NCBI RefSeq assembly: GCF_964194155.1
Contig: NW_027596508.1
Span: forward strand, 186,001-250,000
DNA: 64,000 bases
Direction: 5' to 3'
Source: Cetorhinus maximus
Lineage: Eukaryota
Below are positions 12,507 through 24,280 of this stretch, in pieces. The notes under the pieces were generated by a model, which was not told where the DNA came from, made no database searches, and saw only the letters and a list, made by a program, of their open reading frames with translations. Both the position numbers and the translations under genes were made by a program. Numbering within the stretch: the stretch's first letter is position 1; each line of letters starts with the position of its first letter.

Positions 12507-15500
12507 AGCACCTCATCTTCCGACCAGGCACTTTACAGCCTTCCGAACTGAATATTGAGTTCAACAATTTTAGATCATGAACTCTCTCCTCCATCCCCAC
12601 CCCCTTTCCGATCCCCCCCCCACCTTTTTCCCCAATAATTTATATAGATTTTTCTTTTCCCACCTATTTCCATTATTTTGAAATATATTTCCATCCATTG
12701 TTTTATCTCTACCTTTTAGCCTTTTTCGATTCCTTCACCCAACCCCCACTAGGGCTATCTGTGCCTCGCTTGTCCTGCTTTCTACCCTTAATTAGCACAT
12801 TCCTTAGATAATATCACCACCTTCAACAACTCTTTGCCGTTTTGTCTGAGATATCTTTTTGTTATCTCCACCTATCACTGGATCTACTTGTCCTACCCAC
12901 GCCCCTTAATCCAGCTTATATTTCATCTCTCTTCTATTTTTACTTAGTTCTGTTGAAGGGTCATTCAGACTCGAAACGTTAACTGTGCTCCTCTCCGCAG
13001 ATGCTGCCAGACTTGCTGAGTTTTTCCAGGTATTTGTTTTGGATTTCCAGCATCCGCAGTTTTTTGCTTTTATCTTAGAGTTTAATTGACTGCCACTTCT
13101 CTTCAAGGAATGCCTACCTTGAAGAAGTTGTGCTCTTCTCTCCGACAGGATTTTCGTATCTCTCTCTTGCCTTGTTCACCTTCATTGCTTTCCATTTCTC
13201 TCCTGGTGTTTGACAAGGTGTTTACCAAAACTCGCTTCCACAGCCATATTTCCTTCCTCATTGACTGTCTCCGTCTCCGACTTACCCCATGTGGATTTCA
13301 ACTTAAGTTCCATCCCTTATGTTTCAAACCCACCCAGGATTAAAGGTATCTCCGGGACATACAACGCTCCTCGGACTGCTGTTCTCGTCGCATTCTGAGA
13401 TCTACACTCAGTGCCATGTGCCGCCATATGAACACACTTGACCTCTCCCTCCAGCAGCACCGCCGCACTCTTTTTCTAAGCTGCGCATATCCCCAGTTTC
13501 ATTTTATTCTTCGTCTCATCCGACGCTTCAACAAGAAACTTTGTCTTTTTCTTTCAGGTGCATAGGAACGCAAGCTCCAACAACTCATTGACACCAACAC
13601 CCATCCAGGACCCTCAACCGTTGCCTGTCCCTCTGTCCCTATCCCGTCTTCCAATGGCAGCCCCGGCCGTGTATTCACCATACCCCTGACCTTCCCCTCT
13701 CCGTCGCTGAACGTTCAGTGCTCAGCAAAGGACTTAATTTCAGACCCTTACGCCCTCATCTCAATGAATCTCAGGCTCGGTACGATGCTGAACTCTTCTA
13801 CCGCTGCCTTTGTCTCCGTGCTCACTTCTTTGGGCAGGGGTCCTCTCCCCATTTAATGGATCCTTTTACCTGCCTCCAATATTCTCCCTCCACCTGGATG
13901 CCTCCCTCTGGATTCTTAGCTTCTCTTGATCTTTTGATTGAGAACTGTTGGCGTAACATTAGTCGTCTCAATTTCTCTGCCCCTCTCACCCACTCTAACC
14001 TATCTCTCTCTGAACTTTCTGCACTTCGTTCTCTCAGGTCCAACTCTGACATTGTCATCAAACCCGCTGACAAGGGTGGTGCTGTTGTTGTCTGGCGCAC
14101 TGACCTCTACCTCACAGAGGCTGAGCATCAACTCAAAGACACTTCCTCCTACCACACTTGGACTATGACCCCACCACTGAACATCAAGCCAGTGTTTCCA
14201 GGACTGTTACTGACCTCATCTCCTCTGGAGATCTTCCTTCCACAGCTTCCAACCTGATAGTCTCCCAAACTCAGATGGCCCGCTTCTACCTCCTACCCAA
14301 AATCCACAAACAGGACTGTCCCGGCACACCGATCATGTCAGCCTGTTCCTGCCCCACGGAACTCATTTCGTGCTATCTTGGCTCCATTCTCTCTCCCCTT
14401 TTCCAATCCATTCCCACCTACACCCGTCATTCCTCTGACACCCTACCTCATATCAACAATTTCCAGTTCCCTGGCCCCAACCGCCTCCTCTTCACCATGG
14501 ACGTCCAATCCCTCTACACCTCCATCTCCCACCAGGATGGTCTGATGGCTCTCAACTTCTTCCTCAAACAGAGGCCTGAACAATCCCCATCCACCACTGC
14601 TCTCCTCCGTCTGGCTGAACTTGTTCTCACACTGAACAATTTCTCCTTAAACTCCTCTCACATCCTCCAAATAAAAGGTGTGGCTACGGTTACCCGCGTG
14701 GGCCCCGGCTATGCCTGTCTCTTTATGGGGTATGTGGAACATTCTTTGTTCCAGTCCTACTCCGGTCCCCTCCCACAAGTCTTTCTCCGGCACATCGATG
14801 ATCAGTTCGGTGCTGCTTCATGCTCTCATCTGGACCTGGAAAATTTATTAATTTTGCTTCCAATTTCCACCCCTCCATCATTTTCACATGGTCCATCTCT
14901 AACACTTCCCTTCCCTTCCTTGACCTCTCTGTCTCAATTTCTGGTGATAGACTGTCCACCAATATTCATTAGAAGCCTACCAACTCCCACAGCTACCTCG
15001 CCTACAGCTCCTCACACCCCGCTTCCTGTAAGGACTCCATCCTATTCTCTCAGTTCCTTCGCCACTGTCGCATCTGTTCTGATGATGCCACTTTCAAAAA
15101 CAGTTCCTCTGACATGTCTTCCTTCTTCCTTAACCAAGGTTTTCCACCCACGGTGGTTGACAGGGCCCTCAGCCGTGTCCGGCCCATCTCCCGCGCATCC
15201 GCCCTCACACCTTCCTCTCCCTCCCAGAACGATGATAGGGTCCCCCTTGTCCTCACTTATCACCCCACCAGCCTCTGCATTCAAAGGATCATCCTCTGCC
15301 ATTTCCGCCAACTCCAGCATGATGCCACCACCAAACACATCTTCCCTTCACCCCCCCTGGCGGTATTCCGCAGGGATCGTTCCCTCTGGGGCACCCTGGT
15401 CCACTCCTCCATCACCCCCTACGCTTCAACCCCAACCTATGGCACCTTCCCATGCAACCGCAGAAGGTGCAATACCTGCCCCTTCACTTCCCCTCTCCTC

Positions 15501-16327
15501 ACTGTCCAAGGGCCCAAACACTCCTTTCAAGTGAAGCAGCATTTCACTTGCACTTCCCTCAATTTAGTCTACTGCATTCGTTGCTCCCAATGCGGTTTCC
15601 TCAACATTGGAGAGACCAAACGCAGACTGGGTGAGCGCATTGCAGAACACCTTTGGTCTGTCCGCAAGCATTACCCAGACCTCCCTGTCGCTTGCCATTT
15701 CAACATTCCACCCGGCTTTCATGCCCACATGTCCGTCCTTGGCCTGCTGCATTGTTCCAGTGAAGCTCAACACAAACTGGAGGAACAGCACCTCATTTTC
15801 TGACTAGGCACTTTACAGCCTTCCGGACTGAATATTGAGTTCAACTATTTTAGATCATGAACTCTCTCCTCCATCCCCACTCCCTTTCCGATCCCCCCCC
15901 TTTTTTCCCAATAATTTATATAGACTTTTCATTTCCCACCTATTTCCATTATTTTTAAATATATTTCCATCCATTGTTTTATCTCTACATTTTAGCCTTT
16001 TTCGATTCCTTCCCCCCACCCCCACTAGGGCTATCTGTACCTTGCTTGTCCTGCTTTCTACCCTTAATTAGCACATTCCTTAGATAATATCACCGCCTTC
16101 AACACCTCTTTGTCCTTTTGTCTGTGACATCTTTCGGTTATCTCCACCTATCACTGGCTCTACTTGTGTCCCCCCCCGCCCCCCCACCTTAAACCAGCTT
16201 ATATTTCACCTCTCTTCTATTTTTACTTAGTTCTGTTGAAGGGTCATTCGGACTCGAAACGCTAACTGTGTTCCTCTCCGCAGATGCTGCCAGACTTGCT
16301 GAGTTTTTCCAGGTATTTTTGTTTTTG
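12507..16327 (+). mobile_element. Near full-length Penelope-like element with direct pseudo-LTRs (~12507-13075 and ~15787-16327), decayed
   Basis: IKPADKG, FYLLPKIHK, TMDVQSLYT, HIDD and GIY-YIG motifs across frameshifted ORFs; candidate TSD TTTCATTC at 12499-12506 and 16328-16335. Confidence 0.93.
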
Positions 16328-16339
16328 TTTCATTCTCTC

Positions 16340-19300
16340 CCTCTGACAGACGCCAAGTCCGGAGAGGAGAGGTGGACCCTCAGGGCCTCCAGGCGGTGGA
16401 GTTCAAAGTGACATCACGATTCAAAATATGACGCAGTAAGTAGGTCAGGTAAGTACTTCTACTTATTCTATTAATTAAACTGCTGCAGTCCATCAGTTTA
16501 AACAAAATAATGTGAGGACTTTGGACTGTAGTTGGAGTGGAATAAGGACCCTAGTGTAATTAGTATTCTTTAAAAGGGAGTAACTAACAAGCTTAAATTA
16601 AAGGGAACAGAAGGCAGCAGCGCTCACACCCGCGATATGCTCCTCCTGTGCTATGTGGGAATTCATGGACACTTCCAGTGACCCTGGTGAGCATGTGTGC
16701 AGGAAGTGTGTCCAGCTGCAGCTACTGGCTAACTGCATTTCGGACCTGGAGCTGCGGTTGGATTCACCTTGGAGCATCTGTGATGCTGAGATTATCGGGG
16801 ACAGCACATTCAGTGAGGCGGTCACACTGCAGGTTAAGACTGAACAGGCAGAAAGGGAATGGGTGACCACCAGGCAGAGTAGAGGGAGGCAAGTAGTATA
16901 GGAGTCCCCTGTGGCCGTCCCCCTCTCTAACATATATACCGTTTTGGATACTGCTGGGGGAGGCAACGTCTCAGGGGAAAGCAGCAGAAGTCCATAGCAT
17001 CACGGGTGGCTCTGCTGCAAAAGAGGGGAGGAAGAAGAGTGGCCGGGCTATAGTGAAAGGGGATTCAATAGTAAGGGGAACAGACAGGCGTTTCTGTGGC
17101 CCACAAAATAGACTCCAGGATGGTCTGTTGCCTCCCTGGTGCCACGGTCAAGGATGTCCCAGAGAGCGGCAGGGAATTCTGAAGGGGGGTGGGGGGGGGG
17201 TGGTGTGAACAGCCAGTGGTCATGGTGCATATTGGTACCAACAACATAGGTAAAAAATAAAATAATGAGCTCCGACAAGCTGAATATAGAGAGTTAGGAT
17301 GTGAACTAAAAAGTAGGACATCAAAGGTAGTAATCTCAGGATTATTACCAGTGTCACGTGCTAGCGAGAGTAGAAATAACAGGATATATCAGATAAATAC
17401 ATGGCTGAAGAAATGGTGTTGGGAGGGGGGATTCAGATTCCTGGGACATTGGGACCGCTTATGGGGAAAGTGGGACCAGTGCAAACAGGACAGGTTGCAT
17501 CTGGGTAGGACCGAAGCCAATGTCCTCAGGGGTGCAGAGGTTGGGGGTGAGGGGGTGGTGGGAGTGGAGGGGTTGGAGGTGGGGGGGTGGTGGGAGTGGA
17601 GGGGTTGGGGGTGGGGTGGTGGTGGTGGTGGAGGAAAGTGTTTGCTAGTGCGGTTGGGGAGGGTTTAAACTAGAATGGCAGGGGGATGGGAACCTGAGTA
17701 GGGAGACAGAGGAGGGGGAAACGAGGATAGAAACAAAAGACAGAAAAGTAAGAAGCAAAAGTGAATGACAGAAAAAAAGGCGTGAAAAACAAACGGGGTC
17801 AGAGTGCAAAATAAAGCGAAGATGGTTACAAAGTTAAAGAAAAGTTGAAAGGCATCATATCTTAATGTGTGGAACATTTGCAATAAGGTAGATGAATTAA
17901 CGGTGCAAATAGATATAAATGGTTATGATATAGTTGCAATTATGAAGACATGGCTACAGGGTGATCAAGGATGCAAACTGAACATCCAGGGGTATTGAAT
18001 ATTTAGGAAGGGCAGACCAATAGGGAAAGGGGGTGGGGTGGCATTGTCAGTAATGGAGGAAATCAATGCAATAGTGACGAAGGATATTGGCTTGGAAAAT
18101 CATGATGTGGAATCTTTTGGCTGGAGATAAGAAACACCAAGGGGCAGAAAATGTTGGTGGGGGTTGTCTATAGGCCTCCAAACAGTAATGGAGATGTAAG
18201 GGAAGGCATTAAGCAGGAAATTAGAGATGCATACAATAAGGATACAACTGTAATTGTGGGTGACCTTAATCTACATACAGATTGGACAAAACACACAGCA
18301 ATAATGCTGTGGAGGAGGATTTCCTGGAGTGTGTACGTGATGGTTTTATGGACCAAGACATTGAGGAACCAACTAGAGAGCAGGCTATCATAGACTGGGT
18401 GCCATGCAATGAGAAAGAATTAATTCCCTTGGGAAAGAGCGACCATAAAATGATGGAATTGTTCATTAGGATGGATAGTGAAGAAGTTGAATTCAAAATG
18501 AAGGTCCTGAACCTAAATAAAAGGAGCTACGAAGGTGTGAGGCACGAGTTGGCAATGATGGACTGGGGAACCGTACTTAAAAGGTTGACCAGTGGATAGG
18601 CAATGGCTAATATTTAAGTATGCATGAATTACAACAATTATTCATTCCTGTCTGGCACAAAAATAAAATAGGAAAGGTGGCCCAACCATGGCTTACAAAA
18701 GAAATTAGGGATAGTATTAGATCCAAAGAGGAGACATATTAACCTGCCAGAAAAGAGAGCAAGCCTGAAGATTTGGAGCAGTTTTGGATTCAGCAAAAGT
18801 GGACAAAAAGATTTGTCAAGAAGGGGAAAATGGAGTATGAGATTAAACTTACAAGGGACATAAAAACTGACTGTAAAGGCTTCTATCAATATGTGAAGAG
18901 AAAAAGATTAGCAAAGATAAATGTAGGTTCCTTACAGTCAGAAATGGGGGAAATTATAATGGGGAATAAAGAAATGGCAGGAGAATTGAACACATATTTT
19001 AGTTCTGTCTTCACAAAAGAGGACACAAATAATTTACCAGAAATGTTAGGGAACCAAGGGTCTAGCAAGAGGGAGGAATTGAAGAAATCTAGTATTAGTT
19101 AAAGAAATTGTGGTCAAGAAATTAAGGGGGTTAAAGGCTGAAAAATCCCCAGGACTTGATGATCTACATCCCAGGCTACTAAAGGAAGTGGCCCTGGAAA
19201 TATTGGATGCATTGGTGATCATCATCGAAAATCTCTCGACTCGGGAGCAATTCTTACAGATTGGAGGGTGGCAATTGTAACCCAGCTATTTAAACAAGGA

Positions 19301-20005
19301 GGGAGAGAAAAAACAGAACTACAGACCAGTTAGCCTAACATCAGTAGTGGGGCAAATTCTAGAGTCTATTATAAAAGACATGGTAACTGAACACTTGGAA
19401 AGCATTAATAGGATTAGACAAAGTCAGCATGGGTTTATGGAAGGGAAATCATGCTTAACTAATCAACTGAAGTTTTTGGAGAAAAGATAAGGGAGAACCA
19501 GTGGATTGTATCAAATATTGATGTACAGTCTATTGCCAGAAAATGAGACAGAGAGGTCAAGGAAGGGAAGTGTCAGAGATGGACCATGAAGGTGATGGAG
19601 GGATGGAAATTGGAAGCAAAATTGTATCATTTTTTCCAGGTCCAGGTGAGGGCATGAAGCAGCACTGAAATGGTCATCGGTTTTCCGAAGAAAGAATTGC
19701 GGAAGGGGGCCTGAGCAGGACTGGAACAAGGAATGTTCCACATACCCCATAAAGTGCTGCTTCATGGTCTTGTCTTCACTGAGAGGGTGGTCAGCCTGTG
19801 GAATTCTCTACCACAGAAGGCTGGGGAGGCCGGGTCACAGAGTATATTCAAGAAAGAAATTGGTACATTTTTGGATATTTGGGGCATCAAGGGGTATGGA
19901 CAGAAAGAGGGAATATGGTGTTGAGATAGAGGATCAGCCATGATCATATTGAATGGTGGAGCAGGCTCAAAGGGCCGAATGGCCTACACTTGATCCTTGT
20001 TTCAA
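16340..20005 (+). mobile_element. CR1 LINE with ORF1 (Zn-finger/coiled coil + SGNH-esterase-like) and ORF2 remnants
   Basis: CSSCAMWE..CRKCVQL, GDSIVRG, VHIGTN, VYRPPNS, GDLN, QHGF; 3' end 19770-20005. Confidence 0.88.
19513..19752 (-). mobile_element. Penelope RT fragment inside a CR1
   Basis: FMGYVEHSLFQS..GPLPQ matches the PLE ORF. Confidence 0.8.
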
Positions 20006-20509
20006 TGATATACCAGTTTGGGATAAATGCTGTATCTGTCATTCTCGACAGCAATATGAGAGTGTTGGATTGATTCTATACCCGTTAGTCCCTGTAACTG
20101 TCTGTAAATGAGATTCATCCTGTGTTTGTCAGTCTCTGGCACTGTAAGTCAATGTGGTATCGATTCTAGATCGTTCAGTCTGTGGTACTATCTGATTGTG
20201 CACTTCTCATTCACTGTCAGAGCCTGGTTCTGTGTCTAAAGGTGGGATTAATTTTGGACATTCCAACATCTGCTGCTCAATGTGAGTGTGGAATTCAGTC
20301 TGTATCTGTCAGTGTCGAGTGTTGAACAGGAATGTGGGAGTCATTCTCAATATCTGGGAGTCTTTGAAACATATTTTGCATCTGTTAGTCTGTGATGCTG
20401 TATGTGAGAGTGGGATTCATTTTGTCTGTCAGGCTCTGGTAATCTGCGCGAGTGTTAGATACATTTTGTAACACTCAATCCCTGATGCTGTGCACAACTT
20501 TGTCCATCC

Positions 20510-20746
20510 CTAATTGCCCTTGTTCAGAGGGTATTTAAGAGACAACCACGTTACTGTGGGTCAGGGGCCTGGAGTTACCAGTCGGATCATGTAAAGGAGG
20601 CAGGTTTTGCATGGTTTTTGACGACAATCGACAATCAGAATTTTGATTTCAAATTTCACAATCTGCCATGGTGGGATTCGAAACTGGGTCCCCTGGGTCT
20701 CTAGCATACTCGTCCAGTGACAATAACACTGTGGCACTACCTCCCC
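20510..20746 (-). mobile_element. tRNA-derived SINE (MetaSINE/SlmI-like by recollection)
   Basis: Head GGGGAGG..TTCGAATCCCACC; tail shared with the LINE at 41040-41100. Confidence 0.75.
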
Positions 20747-20750
20747 ATCT

Positions 20751-20822
20751 AGCAGAGTGGCTCAGCGGAAGCGTGCTGGGCCCATAACCAACAGCTCGAT
20801 GGATTGAAACCATCTTCTGCTA
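20751..20822 (+). pseudogene. tRNA-iMet (CAT) pseudogene
   Basis: 6 substitutions; anticodon stem broken (CTGGG/CCAAC); B-box GATCGAAA changed to GATTGAAA. Confidence 0.88.
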
Positions 20823-21839
20823 TTTTCATTTTCATTAATGACTGTGGGATTCATTCTGTCTCTATCAGATTTTGATTCTGAACGTGTGCTTATGATTCCT
20901 CTGTGTCTCTGTGTTTGGCACTGTGTGAAAGTCTGATTCATTCTCAACTTCTGAATGTCAAACGGTCTCAGATGTATTCTGTATCTACTGGTCAGCAGTA
21001 CTGTGTGTGATGTGGGATTCATTCTGCATTTGTCTGTCTCCGTTACTGTAGCGAGTGGGTGATTTATTCTGTACTGGTCAGTCGCTGGTGCTGGGAGTAA
21101 TGGGATTCATTCTGTATCTGTCAGGCTCTGGTGCTGTGTGTGTATTGTGCAGTTTGTCAGTGCCTGGTAACATGTTGGATTTGTTCAGTAGTTCACCCTG
21201 TCCGATTTTCTGTGTGAATGTGAGGTTTATTTTATCGTTCTCAATCTTTGATGTGGGTTATGATTCTAGGGTTAACTCTGGATCTGTGCTCAATAGTTAT
21301 TGGAGAGAACTGAAACGAGGTGCAGCCCTGTCCAAATTTGTTGATGCCATTATTCTCTCAATATTGAAAATCTCCAGTTCAGAACTAGAATCCTACACAC
21401 AGCGCAGCTCCCAGTCAATGTTGCAGTATCCTTTCCAAGCTGCATTTCCCAGATTTTACCAGCTGTGAATCCTTTGATCAGTATTTGGGTATTTTAATGC
21501 AGGAACATCTGCCTGTTGACCCAATTCTATGGTGTTTTTGGGAATAGTAGCCATAGGAGTGGAATTAAAATCCAGTTGTTTCCCTCTCTCTAATATTATC
21601 TCAATGAAATCGGTACTTAATCCAGAAAGCATTAGTCCATCACACACTCTGATCAATTAAACCCTCTACCCTTTATTACTAATGCATTGGTTGTGATTTT
21701 GAGTCCCACCTAAGTTGAGTTTTCAGTCAAATTTCATGTGTTATTTGTCAAAAACCGAAACTCATCCAGGGAAAAGGAACAGACACTTTCTGTCAGAAAG
21801 AGGCAGCTAATTTGCACATAGGAAACCTCCAAAAGCGCC

Positions 21840-22100
21840 AATGTGACCATGTTTTGGGCTGTTGATTGAGACATAAATATCAGCGACTGCGCAGGCGGGG
21901 CGGGGGGAGGAGAATAACGCCACTGCTCGTGTCTTTAGCAGAGCACCATGGAATCACTTACAACAAAATGAGAGGCTGGAGGGAGCTTCGTTTTAATGCG
22001 TCCTCTGAAGGATAGCACCTCGAATAGTGGAGCCCTCCCTCAGTGCTGTACTAGAGTATCAGTCTTCTTTGTTACACACAAATTCCGGTGTGGGATTTGA
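21840..22100 (-). mobile_element. Second tRNA-SINE family, degraded (its head also occurs at 58513-58582 +)
   Basis: B-box-like TTCAAATCCCAC and conserved body; 58513 copy reads TGGCTCAGTT..GGTTCATGTCCCACTCC then an A-run. Confidence 0.55.
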
Positions 22101-23119
22101 AAAAAACACCTTTGTGAACAAGTCAGTCCCAGTGAAAGTGTTTAAGAAATCGACCAATCAACAGCTACCTGACTGGGGCAATTATGATGTCATCCCCTGG
22201 CAGGCCACATGACAGCTGGAGCCACAAGGCATCACAACCAGATTTGTGACTGGATTCAAACCCAAAATCTTGTCTCAATGATTTTTCAAATTAAGCTGTC
22301 AGCTGCTTGAAAATGCAGCAGTTAAACTTCCTGTCTGATCATGAGGAGAGCTAGGGAGCTAGAGCTAGTTACAAAACTAAATCCTTTAATAAAACAGTTC
22401 AAAAACCATCAAGACTGAAATCCTGTGAGGAAAAATCAAATTATTATTGCGAACTCTGCTGGGAGAACTTCATTGGACAGCAGAGAAATCAGGTGAAGAA
22501 TCCAAGTAAATCAACACCAGCGAACAAGTTAAAATCAAAAGCAGAATAACTCCTGTCAAAAGCTGAGAGTTCTGTGCATCATCAGTTCATCAGGTCAAGA
22601 TATTATCTGGATTAAGCTTTCTGTTTAGAACAGGTTTTAATGAACTAAGTGGAATAGACACGTCATTGCAGAACAAGTAAGTCATCTCTAGATTTTCTTG
22701 AGTTCCAATTTATTGAAACATTGAATTCCGATGAACTAGAATTACAGTGCAAATGAATTGATAATTCAAAAACAAACTGTTTTCGAATAAATAAAGTAGA
22801 ACAATTATTTTACAAAAAGTACCAGAGTGACCAGCAAGCTCAAACACAGAGAGAGTGAATTGCAGAGTGAAGGGTTTAAAATGTGGATTTTGTGGAGAGT
22901 GGGGATTAGGTGCAGACAGGGAAGGAGCTGATGTGTAATTGAAACCGAGAGACAACAGCAAAAGTAGAAGAGAGAAAGAGAGGAACATTCTAAATAACAA
23001 GAACTTTAATTAAATGGTTCATTTCAGTGAAGTATTGAGACAGCTGAGAGCTGTTGCCTACACATCCTGTGCTCTGTGGGAACTGCAAAGAAGCATGATG
23101 ATAATTATCAGATTCATAA

Positions 23120-24280
23120 TACATATCGAGAACCAAGCAGAATATAGAAAGCACAGAGGAGAGCTGGAAAAGGAAATTAGGTCAGCCAAGAGAGTGTATG
23201 AGAAAAGATTAGAAGGTAACCTAACCAAAAACTGAAGTCTTTTACCAATGTATAGACAGTTACTGAAAAGGTCAGCTGATTAGGAGATCCTGTGGAGGCA
23301 GAGGGCTGAGGTACTAAATGAGAACAGTTCATCTGTCATCACGAAACAAGCAGATGCTGCTAATCTCACAGTAAAGGAGGAGCTGGTGGAGAAATTGGAA
23401 GGATGAAAATAGATAAAGAGGAGGCCATCACAAGGTTGGCAGCGTTCACAGTAGAAACACCACACAACCTGGATGGGATACATCCTGGATTCCTGAGGGA
23501 AGGAAGGGGGAAAATAGAGGAAGCTCGAGCCACAATCTTTCAAACCTCCTTGGATATGGGAGTGAAGCTGGAGAACTGCAGGTTGTTAATGTTACATCCA
23601 TGTTTATAATGGAGAGGGATAAAGCTAGGAACAACAGACCAGTTAGTCTAATGCTGGTGGTGGGGAAACATTGAGACACAATAATCCAGGACAAAATTCA
23701 TTGTCACTTGGTAGAACATGGGTTGATCAATGACAACCAGCACAGATTGGTTAACAGAAAACCATGGCAAATACTTAATGAAGTTCTTTGATGAAGTTTC
23801 AAAGAACATTGCCCAGGGTAGTGAGGTTGATGGTGTTTGTCAGGATTTCCAAAGGGGTTTGCAAAAGACTTGTTAGTAAAATTCAAGCAGATGGGACTAA
23901 AGGGGCAGGTGCAACATGGATGCAAAATTGAATAAGGGATAGAAAGGAGAAAGTAGTGGTGAATGGCTGTTTTTCAGCGTGGAGAGATTTATACAGAACT
24001 GATTCTTTGTCACGTCAGCTGGCTGTTGTGTTTGCATTCCCAGAGCTCTTACATTTCAAATACTTCCAGCCTATATCCAAGTTTGCTGATGGCACTAGGT
24101 TAGGTGACATGGTAAGTATTGTAGGCAGGAGCAGCAAGTTTCAAAGGATCATTGACAGATTCAGTGACTGAACAAAACTGTGGCCGATGGTGGTCAACAC
24201 GGGGATGTGTGAGGTCACCCATCTTGGAGCAAAGAAAGATCAGAGAATTTCCTAAACAGTCAGAAACTTGGGACTGTGGA
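23120..24280 (+). mobile_element. Degraded CR1 ORF2 fragments
   Basis: DGIHPG, NRPVSL and ISKFADGT remnants. Confidence 0.7.
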
